Shown here piece by piece: positions 56,635 through 64,000 of a DNA stretch of 64,000 nt (position 1 is its first letter; each line of letters begins with the position of its first letter). The notes under the pieces are model-generated. The model searched no databases and was not told the origin of the DNA. It saw only the letters and a program-made list of their open reading frames with translations. The stretch lies in assembly GCA_016234595.1 (NCBI GenBank), contig JACRBG010000011.1, forward strand, positions 37,227 to 101,226. Direction: 5' to 3'. Source of the stretch: Chloroflexota bacterium (GTDB taxonomy: Bacteria; Chloroflexota; Anaerolineae; Aggregatilineales; J027). Made by a program: the position numbers and the translations under genes.

Positions 56635-58606
56635 GGGGCAATTCTCTTTTAGCAATATCCTCTGCCAACAGATTGCCACTCAAGCGATGGTAATCTAGGG
56701 CTTGAGCGGGTGTGCCACAGGCGGGGAGTCCTTCTATAGCGAATTTATGAAACGATTTTCTTTCTAGAAGATTTAAGCGTACAAGAGCATTTAGAAGAAA
56801 ATCTCCCAATCCCCCAATAGGAGCATGGTCATCCAGAACGTAAATCGCTGGACATTCTGCCACCGTAACCATTAACCATTCATCGTCCACTCGGTTCAAC
56901 CACGCCATATTTACCACTTTGAGGCGAATGCCTCGTATTGCTAAAATATCGCTTGACAAAAGTGCCTCGTGCAGCATTACTGGGCCGTAGGCAAATAAGA
57001 CAGCATCCGCCCCATCGCGTAGAATTGCACCACGGCCCACTTGGCATTGATAATCTATTGGTAGGGCAATTAAGCGGGGTGACGGCCCAATTGCCAAACG
57101 AATCATAACGCTTTCAGATGTTTGGTTGATAGCATAATCGACCATGAGGCGAGTTTCAGTGGCATTTCCCGGTTGAACAATTACCATGTTGGGCAGTGCT
57201 CCAAATAAGGAAATATCTCGGATGCTCTGATGGGATCTTCCTGGCCCCGCTGGAATTAATCCTGCAAAATTGCAACCATAAATGATTTTGCGTTTTTCAG
57301 TAGTGGCATTATAGATTTGCTCGTTAGCACGTGCGGCAAGAAAGCTGGCAAACGAATTGACTACTGGCAACAAGCCTTGTGAGGCGATACCCGCTGCCAT
57401 CGAAACCATGTCTTGTTCCGCGATACCATTTTCAACAAATCGCGCTGGGTAGGCTGCCTCAAACTCCCGAATTTTGCAGTCAATCGCAAGGTCAGCATCC
57501 AAAACAACCAAATCTTTTCGTTTGGCCCCAATTTCTACCAGTGCCTCGCCGTAGGCTTTGGTGACATATTCATCGGATACCGTGCTAGTTGTTTTAGGTT
57601 CGGGGGATACGCTTTCTAAGGTGACAGGCTCTAACCCCGCCTCTTGCAGGCGTTCATTAATTCTCAATAGCACTTCTCGATAGGCGGCAGTAAAGGCCTC
57701 ATCATCTGGTGCACCTGCGTGCCAAGGATATAACCCTCCGTTGTTGGCTAGGGCAAACGGGTGTTCCATAAACGACACCCCGCGCCCCTTGATGGTATCG
57801 GCAATCAGGATTTTGGGGCGGTCATGAATGTTCGCAAAATCTTCAAAAACTTGGGCGAGGGCTGCGAAATCATGCCCGTCACACCGCGCTACCTGCCAGC
57901 CAAATGCTGCAAATTTGGCCTCAAGGTCGCCAATGTTGATAATCTCGCTCACTAATTTATCGGACTGGACTTTATTGTTATCCACAATCACGGTGAGGTT
58001 GCCGATGTGTTGATGGGCCGCTGTCTGAAGCGCCTCATAATTTTGGCCCTCTTGCCATTCTCCATCCCCTGTCAAAACAAAAACCCTGCTCGGAAGGCCC
58101 TTCAATCGTTTGGCCCATGCCATACCCTTGCCTTTGGAAATTCCCATGCCTAGAGAACCAGAATTGGCTTCTATACCGGGTATACCGACATCAGGGTGCC
58201 CATCTAAGCCACCCAAGCGGCGCAGTTTCAAAAATTTGTCAGTGGGAATGATGCCAAGTGAAAACAAAACGGCATATAAACCGGGGACATCATGGCCCTT
58301 AGAAGAAAAATAAATATCACGGTCAGGGTCGGTGAGACCAATTTGTACTGTATTCATGACATGATAATAAAGCCATACGACAATATCCATCGCGCTGAGG
58401 CTTGACCCCAAATGGCCTGAACCAGCCCGTTTGACCCCTGCCAAGGTGTTTGCCCGGCACATATCTGCAATCAGGTTTAGCTGTTCAAAAAGGTCAATTT
58501 TTGAGGCCCATATACGGTCAAATTCCGTTTTGGGAATCAGGCTAATTTCAATGGTTTGGGGGATGATGTGAATATCTTCTGCACCGATGGTCGGTAGATT
58601 GCTCAT
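56615..58606 (-). CDS. Transketolase-like TPP enzyme, N- and C-terminal modules fused
   Basis: SGHLG, SKGH, GSLG, GDGE...DNN (TPP motif), ENGIAEQ; start ATG 58606. Confidence 0.9.
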   Translation of the reverse strand: MSNLPTIGAEDIHIIPQTIEISLIPKTEFDRIWASKIDLFEQLNLIADMCRANTLAGVKRAGSGHLGSSLSAMDIVVWLYYHVMNTVQIGLTDPDRDIYFSSKGHDVPGLYAVLFSLGIIPTDKFLKLRRLGGLDGHPDVGIPGIEANSGSLGMGISKGKGMAWAKRLKGLPSRVFVLTGDGEWQEGQNYEALQTAAHQHIGNLTVIVDNNKVQSDKLVSEIINIGDLEAKFAAFGWQVARCDGHDFAALAQVFEDFANIHDRPKILIADTIKGRGVSFMEHPFALANNGGLYPWHAGAPDDEAFTAAYREVLLRINERLQEAGLEPVTLESVSPEPKTTSTVSDEYVTKAYGEALVEIGAKRKDLVVLDADLAIDCKIREFEAAYPARFVENGIAEQDMVSMAAGIASQGLLPVVNSFASFLAARANEQIYNATTEKRKIIYGCNFAGLIPAGPGRSHQSIRDISLFGALPNMVIVQPGNATETRLMVDYAINQTSESVMIRLAIGPSPRLIALPIDYQCQVGRGAILRDGADAVLFAYGPVMLHEALLSSDILAIRGIRLKVVNMAWLNRVDDEWLMVTVAECPAIYVLDDHAPIGGLGDFLLNALVRLNLLERKSFHKFAIEGLPACGTPAQALDYHRLSGNLLAEDIAKRELPHETAPF

Positions 58607-59373
58607 GAGGAAGTCTCCGCTTGGTAAGGGGAATGCGCGAGGGCAGGCAGGGTTGCATCCCCTCGCCGTATTAACTCTTCTGCGTATCCCCAATCATACT
58701 CATCATTAATGTCAAAACCTTCGGTGTCGCTGGTCAAAAAAGGCGTGAGGATTTCCCCGGCAATCGAATCTTGCTCAAAAACGACCCGTGACCATGCGAT
58801 TTCAAGACTGGCGTTCTGAATATAGACTTTGGGCAATGCTTGATATGGCGTGCTGTGCCACGGCACCCCGATGGGATTCAATAAAAGCGGTGTCATACGG
58901 TTGCCCCGTATCACCCACATTTTACCGGGGTGTTGTTTGCATTTTTCAACTGCTCGCAATGAATCCACGCCCTCTGCTGCCAAAAACTGTGCCCATGCCC
59001 GTTGAATAGTCTCGGCTTGGCGAAAAGGGCTGGTGGGGCGCAAGATACTAAACGCATCAAACGAGCGCCCCTCGTCTTTAAGGCGATGTAAGGCATAGCG
59101 TAGCCATTCAATATCAGGTGATTTGTCGCCAGCATACTCGGATGGGCGTAAAAATGGCACTTCTGCCCTATAATGACGGGCGATATTTGCGATTTCAGGC
59201 CCATCGGTCGAGAGAATAATCGCTGAAAAAATGCCACTGTGTTGCGCCGCCGCGATGGTATAAGCCAATAAAGGGTGGCCTGCAAGCGGGCGGCTGTTTT
59301 TGCCTTGTACCCGCTTAGAGCCAGCACGGGCAGGAATAAGTGCGACAATGGTTGGGGTCGTTAGCGTGGTCAT
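58603..59373 (-). CDS. neuA: Acylneuraminate cytidylyltransferase family (CMP-nonulosonate synthetase)
   Basis: IPARAGSKRV.GKN, LRPTSPFR, DIN...D. Confidence 0.9.
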   Translation of the reverse strand: MTTLTTPTIVALIPARAGSKRVQGKNSRPLAGHPLLAYTIAAAQHSGIFSAIILSTDGPEIANIARHYRAEVPFLRPSEYAGDKSPDIEWLRYALHRLKDEGRSFDAFSILRPTSPFRQAETIQRAWAQFLAAEGVDSLRAVEKCKQHPGKMWVIRGNRMTPLLLNPIGVPWHSTPYQALPKVYIQNASLEIAWSRVVFEQDSIAGEILTPFLTSDTEGFDINDEYDWGYAEELIRRGDATLPALAHSPYQAETSS

Positions 59374-60839
59374 AATTGGGCCGGGTCAATGTTAAGATAG
59401 ACATCTTTGAGGTTGGAGTAGATGTCGAGCGCCTCAGTGCCAGGTTCGCGGGTGCCATTCCCCGATTGCTTAACCCCACCAAATGGCATATGCGGTTCGC
59501 TGCCATACGTCCCCGCATTGACCACCACCACCCCCGTCTGCACTTTGTCACAAAATCGTATGGCACGGTGCAGGTTGCATGTGTGAATGCAGGCAGTTAG
59601 CCCATAGGGGGAATCGTTTGCCAGCGCCAACGCCTCTTCAAAATTCTGTACTCGATACAAAATAGCAATCGGCCCAAACAATTCGGTGCAAGAAATTTCG
59701 GCGGTAGGACTGACATTCTCAATCAACGTCGGGGAGAGGTAAAAGCCGGCGCGGTGAATTGAATCCATTAGGCGTTCTCCTCCATGCAAAATAACTGCCC
59801 CTTGCGTTTTGGCACGCTTAATCGCCTTTAGCATGTTATTTAATTGACCCTCATTAATCACCGGGCCGAAATCGTCTTCATCCGTTGCACCAATTTTCAG
59901 ACGGCGGATTCGCTCAATGAGCATTTCACGGAATTGGTCGTAGACGGAATCAAAAATCAAAATGCGGCTGCCCGATGCACAGCGTTGTCCCGCATTACTA
60001 AAGGCGGAAAGTGTCACCCATTTGCTGGCATTTTCCAAATCAGCATCGTCGCAAACCACCAATGGATTTTTACCGCCTAGCTCCAATGAGATTTTGGTAA
60101 GGCGCTCCCCCGCAAGCCGTTGAATAATTCGCCCAACCTCGGTTGACCCGGTGAAGCTAAGGATGCCTACATCGGCATGTTCAACTAAGGGCTGTCCGGC
60201 TTCCGGGCCAAAACCTTGCACAATATTCAGCACTCCTGACGGCAACCCAGCTACCTGTGCGATTTCCCCGAAAATCCATGCAGTGGCAGGCGTATCCTCA
60301 GCCGCTTTCAAAATCGCCGCATTGCCACAAATGAGCGCCGGAAAAACCTTCCATGCAACATTGGCAATTGGCGTGTTGGCGGCAATAATTAGCCCCGCGA
60401 TGCCGACGGGTTGGCGCACCGTCATCGCGTATTTGTGGGCCGTGCCACTGGTGGTGGTTTTTCCGTATAATCGCTGCCCCTCACTGGCATAAAACAAGCC
60501 ACATTGGATTGCCCCACCCGTTTCGCCAAACGCATCTTTATGGGATTTGCCCGTTTCGGCGGCGACAATTTGGGCGATTTCGGCTTGGTGGGCCATCATG
60601 CCCATCACTATTTTATGTAATAACAAGCCGCGCTGCACGGGTGGGGTATCTGCCCATTGAGGTTGAGCGCGTTTAGCTGCCAGCACTGCATTTTCAATAT
60701 CGGCCTTGCCAGAACGGGCCGATTGACATAACACTGAGCCATTGGCAGGATTTATTTTGTCAAACCATGCGCCTGTTTGGGCAGGCTGTTGTTTGCCATC
60801 AATCCAATTGGGGATTCTTTCAGGGATATTGATTACCAT
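59370..60839 (-). CDS. Aldehyde dehydrogenase
   Basis: KAAEDTP, FTGST, ELGGKNP, GQRC, ELFGP. Confidence 0.93.
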   Translation of the reverse strand: MVINIPERIPNWIDGKQQPAQTGAWFDKINPANGSVLCQSARSGKADIENAVLAAKRAQPQWADTPPVQRGLLLHKIVMGMMAHQAEIAQIVAAETGKSHKDAFGETGGAIQCGLFYASEGQRLYGKTTTSGTAHKYAMTVRQPVGIAGLIIAANTPIANVAWKVFPALICGNAAILKAAEDTPATAWIFGEIAQVAGLPSGVLNIVQGFGPEAGQPLVEHADVGILSFTGSTEVGRIIQRLAGERLTKISLELGGKNPLVVCDDADLENASKWVTLSAFSNAGQRCASGSRILIFDSVYDQFREMLIERIRRLKIGATDEDDFGPVINEGQLNNMLKAIKRAKTQGAVILHGGERLMDSIHRAGFYLSPTLIENVSPTAEISCTELFGPIAILYRVQNFEEALALANDSPYGLTACIHTCNLHRAIRFCDKVQTGVVVVNAGTYGSEPHMPFGGVKQSGNGTREPGTEALDIYSNLKDVYLNIDPAQL

Positions 60840-61648
60840 GCCGTCCATCCGCCATCTACCACCAAATTTGAGCCTGTCATGTATGAGGAGGCACCCGAAG
60901 CCAAGAAAATAATTGCCCCATTGTATTCGTCTTCATTCGCCATTCGCCCTATTGGCATGTGAGCACAATAATTGGCGAGAAATTGGGCATCCTGATGATT
61001 GAAAACCCCAGCCAATGAGAGCGTGTTGACACGCACGCCTTGTCTGGCCCAATAGGTTGCTAGATAACGAGTCAGATTGAGCAGGGCCGACTTTGAAATA
61101 GAGTAGCTCACTGGTTTAAAAAATGGCTCGCCGTTTTTGGCCCGATACTCATAAATCTCTTGGCGCGGGGATACCAGCCCGTAAATTGAGCCGATATTGA
61201 TGATTGACCCTCGCCCTGCCGCTGCCATTTGTTCGCCAATGATTTGGCAGCAGAGCATCGGGCCTTTAACGTTGACCTCCATTACCTGGTCAAATGAGGC
61301 TTCGGGATAACTTTCAAATGGGCCATTTTCTTCAATCGGGGCATTCGGTGGGGAATCGAGAGCGGCATTGTTGATGAGGACATGCGGAGTGCCCCATTTT
61401 TGATTTACTTGCCGAAGGGCATTCACAATGGAGTCGTGCTGTGTGACATCTACTGCATGAAATGACAAAACGTCTTCATTTGGGGTATCGGGAAATCGTT
61501 GCGCAATCCATTCAACATCTACTCGCCTATCAAAGATTGCGACCTTCGCGCCTTGCTCAATGAGGGTTAAGGTATATTGTCGCCCCAATTGACCCATCCC
61601 GCCTGTAATGATGACAATTTTATCTTGCACACTAAACAGGTTTTTCAT
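60833..61648 (-). CDS. Short-chain dehydrogenase/reductase
   Basis: TGGMGQLG, NNAA, YSISK, VVDGGWTAW. Confidence 0.92.
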   Translation of the reverse strand: MKNLFSVQDKIVIITGGMGQLGRQYTLTLIEQGAKVAIFDRRVDVEWIAQRFPDTPNEDVLSFHAVDVTQHDSIVNALRQVNQKWGTPHVLINNAALDSPPNAPIEENGPFESYPEASFDQVMEVNVKGPMLCCQIIGEQMAAAGRGSIINIGSIYGLVSPRQEIYEYRAKNGEPFFKPVSYSISKSALLNLTRYLATYWARQGVRVNTLSLAGVFNHQDAQFLANYCAHMPIGRMANEDEYNGAIIFLASGASSYMTGSNLVVDGGWTAW

Positions 61649-62154
61649 GATGCCGTTGCTCGCTTGATGATCCGTTCAAATAAATCGCACACTTCGCGCA
61701 CTGCCCCAAAACCTCCGGGTTTCTCCGTGCGATAAAGCGCATAGGGCAGCACGTCTTCATGGGCATCTTGCACCACCATCGGTAATCCGACCACTTGGAG
61801 ACAAGGCAGGTCATTGATGTCATTACCCAAAAAAGCCGTTTGCGAAAAGGATGTATCAAATTCATTGATGATGGTAGCTAAGGCAATATGTTTATCTTCA
61901 ATGCCTTGTATACATCGGATATTAAGTTTGCGGCTGCGGACAGTTACCACCGGATTGACTTCACTCGAAATAATCACTGACATCACCCCTAACGAATCCA
62001 ATTTACGTAGACCTAGTCCATCGCCCCGCCAACAGCGCACACTTTCCGTGCCATCCTCTGCGACATAAACTGTATTATCGGTAAATACCCCGTCAAAATC
62101 AAAGGCGATTAACCGAATATTGGGAACAAGGGCCTTTATCTCGTTATGCGCCAT
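61645..62154 (-). CDS. KdsC/KDN-9-P phosphatase-like HAD hydrolase
   Basis: FDFDGVFTD, DGLG, GNDINDL, GGFGAVRE. Confidence 0.92.
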   Translation of the reverse strand: MAHNEIKALVPNIRLIAFDFDGVFTDNTVYVAEDGTESVRCWRGDGLGLRKLDSLGVMSVIISSEVNPVVTVRSRKLNIRCIQGIEDKHIALATIINEFDTSFSQTAFLGNDINDLPCLQVVGLPMVVQDAHEDVLPYALYRTEKPGGFGAVREVCDLFERIIKRATAS

Positions 62155-63211
62155 TTAGAATCTCAAAGGTGATGTTGTCGTCTTCATCCAAGTCTTGTAG
62201 TAGGGTGCGCCCAATGATTTTATCCATTTCATAAGGAGGCAGGCCATCGCCGGGGGACTTGATGGCAATATCTTCAGGGCGCAGCATTGTTCCAGCCAGC
62301 AATGGGCGGGCTGCCACTAATTTTTTGCGCATTTTGGTCAGCGGGTCGATTTCGCTCGGATAAGTACGTTTCACGCCATCGCCAAACGCGACATGCGTGC
62401 GTCGCAAATCTCGTACCATCTTACGCAAGCCGATCGGCTCCAATGAAAAAGCCTGATCTGTGCCCTTCCATGTATGATTCAACGTAAAATGTTTTTCTAT
62501 AATACGTGCCCCCAAAACATAGGCCGCGACTGCCATCGCAATGCCATTGTCATGAGCCGAAAAACCAATGACCGCATTCGGAAAACGATCTCGAAATGTG
62601 CGAATGACCTGCAAGTTCAATTCTTCAAATTCCGCAGGATAGCCAGAAGTGCATTGTAAAATCGCCACCTGCGGATTAATGGGCATAATAGCATCATAGG
62701 CACGTTGCACATCCAGCATTGTCGCGCCACCGGTGCTGATAATAAGGGGTTTTTGAAAATAGGCGACATGTTTTAGCAAGGGGATGTTGATAATGTCACC
62801 AGAGGCGATCTTGAAAATTGGCATATCCAATTCTGCCAAAAAATCAGCACTAGCAAAATCAAAGGCCGTTGCAAAAAAGGTGATGCCAATTTCTTGGGCA
62901 TACCGTTTTAGCTCGGTATATTCCCTGATCCCAAATTCCAAGAACTCTCGATGTTCACCATACGTTTTGCCATAACTATTGCGGTGCTCGTAGGGTTTGT
63001 TATACATCGCGCGGGTATATAGAGTATGGTTTTCTCGTTTTTGGATCTTAACAGCGTCTGCCCCGCACTCTTTAGCGACCTGAAACATTTCTTTGCATTT
63101 TTCTAGGTCACCTTGATGATTGTGCCCAATTTCGGCGATAACATAACAAAAACTTGTATCATCAATGTAGGTTGACCCTAGGTGGATACTGCGCTGCATT
63201 GATTTCACCAT
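62144..63211 (-). CDS. neuB: N-acetylneuraminate synthase family (NeuB) with C-terminal SAF domain
   Basis: IAEIGHNHQG, KIASGD, ISTGG, GFSAH, IEKHFT, IKSPGDG; start uncertain (63211 or 63199). Confidence 0.92.
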   Translation of the reverse strand: MVKSMQRSIHLGSTYIDDTSFCYVIAEIGHNHQGDLEKCKEMFQVAKECGADAVKIQKRENHTLYTRAMYNKPYEHRNSYGKTYGEHREFLEFGIREYTELKRYAQEIGITFFATAFDFASADFLAELDMPIFKIASGDIINIPLLKHVAYFQKPLIISTGGATMLDVQRAYDAIMPINPQVAILQCTSGYPAEFEELNLQVIRTFRDRFPNAVIGFSAHDNGIAMAVAAYVLGARIIEKHFTLNHTWKGTDQAFSLEPIGLRKMVRDLRRTHVAFGDGVKRTYPSEIDPLTKMRKKLVAARPLLAGTMLRPEDIAIKSPGDGLPPYEMDKIIGRTLLQDLDEDDNITFEILNGA

Positions 63212-63347
63212 TCCTAAGAAGTAGACGCCTAAAGGCAATTTTCTGAGTTGATTTTATCAATTTTTGTAAATAATAAAATCCTCAAATAGTATAATATAGC
63301 TTATAATGATCCTGAAAATCTTAAAGATTCGTTGAGGAAATTAACAT

Positions 63348-64000
63348 ATGTTTATTCGGCAGGGTGGGAATCGCGAGGAATTTGTGGTAGATAGCCGATT
63401 TATTTCCCGTACCTCAATTTTCTCAACCCATTGGCTTCTGCGTAATATGCTTATGACACGCCATTATGCAAACGGATCTTTACTCGACGTGGGGTGTGCA
63501 ACTAAGCCATATCAGGCTATATTTCCTGATGTGACATATTATGTCGGCGCAGATTGGCCGAAAACATTGCATGATAATAATAAGATAGATGTATTTGCTG
63601 ATATTAACTCTCTGCCTTTTCCTAGCGAAACATTTGATGCTGTTCTTTGCACTGAAGTTCTAGAACACATAAATAACCCTAAGATGGCGCTAGCAGAAAT
63701 ATCCAGAGTTCTGAAGTATAATGGTTTTTTAATACTTTCTGTGCCATTTCTCTACCGTATTCATGAAGAACCCCATGATTATTATCGTTATACCCCATTT
63801 GCCTTAGAAGATTTATTTTCGCATCAGTCTTTAGAACTTTGTCATTTATGGCCGCGCGGAGGTATCTTGAGCGTTTGTCTAGACATAAATTTGCGTTTTG
63901 TAGGGGGACTTGCCAAACAAGGTATTGATAAGCTTAAAGTTCTTCCACATTGGATTCGTGAGCCCCTTCTATGGATATTTGTTAATTTGCCCCAATATTT
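63348..64000 (+). CDS. Class I SAM-dependent methyltransferase (3' end runs off the window; absent from the ORF track)
   Basis: Own translation from ATG 63348: ...LLDVGCATKPY...LPFPSETFDAVLCTEVLEH...HEEPHDYYRYT. Confidence 0.85.
   Translation, partial: MFIRQGGNREEFVVDSRFISRTSIFSTHWLLRNMLMTRHYANGSLLDVGCATKPYQAIFPDVTYYVGADWPKTLHDNNKIDVFADINSLPFPSETFDAVLCTEVLEHINNPKMALAEISRVLKYNGFLILSVPFLYRIHEEPHDYYRYTPFALEDLFSHQSLELCHLWPRGGILSVCLDINLRFVGGLAKQGIDKLKVLPHWIREPLLWIFVNLPQY

Noticed and set aside
60131-60146. GTTGACCCGG resembling half of the parS candidate
   Set aside because: Only one half-site, inside the ALDH coding sequence, and not palindromic.
1-64000. Remaining short track ORFs nested in or antisense to annotated genes; tRNA and rRNA genes
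   Set aside because: No motifs or RBS support for the nested ORFs; no cloverleaf or rRNA signature recognised by eye (tRNAscan/barrnap not run).

Overview
Bacterial DNA, probably Chloroflexota/Anaerolineae-like (inferred from protein style and gene content; not checked against a database). About 45 protein-coding genes are supported. No rRNA, tRNA, CRISPR array, integrase or transposase was seen. 1-24 kb holds housekeeping and accessory genes: def, mscL, a cysK-cysE operon, a cysteine desulfurase, an ECF sigma-ABC module, a sugar ABC transporter and an unusual two-component pair. Two RNA regulators lie there: a Cys-rich leader-peptide attenuator before cysK and a SAM-I/IV-type riboswitch before the desulfurase. 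The main finding is at 24.1-29.0 kb, a compact module that looks like a repABC-style replicon with a non-RepC initiator. In order it has parA, parB, a perfect 26-bp palindrome (candidate parS), a 34-aa leader ORF overlapped by a predicted ~85-nt antisense RNA with its own sigma70 promoter and terminator, a primase-polymerase/Zn-finger/DUF3987-like protein, and two inverted arrays of GCGACA hexamers (candidate origin). 29-64 kb is a large surface-polysaccharide region (Wzc, CapD, AsnB, CapK, FkbM, several glycosyltransferases, Wzy-like). It ends in a nonulosonate-type cassette that also encodes a fused transketolase, an aldehyde dehydrogenase and an SDR. All family assignments come from motifs read by eye.
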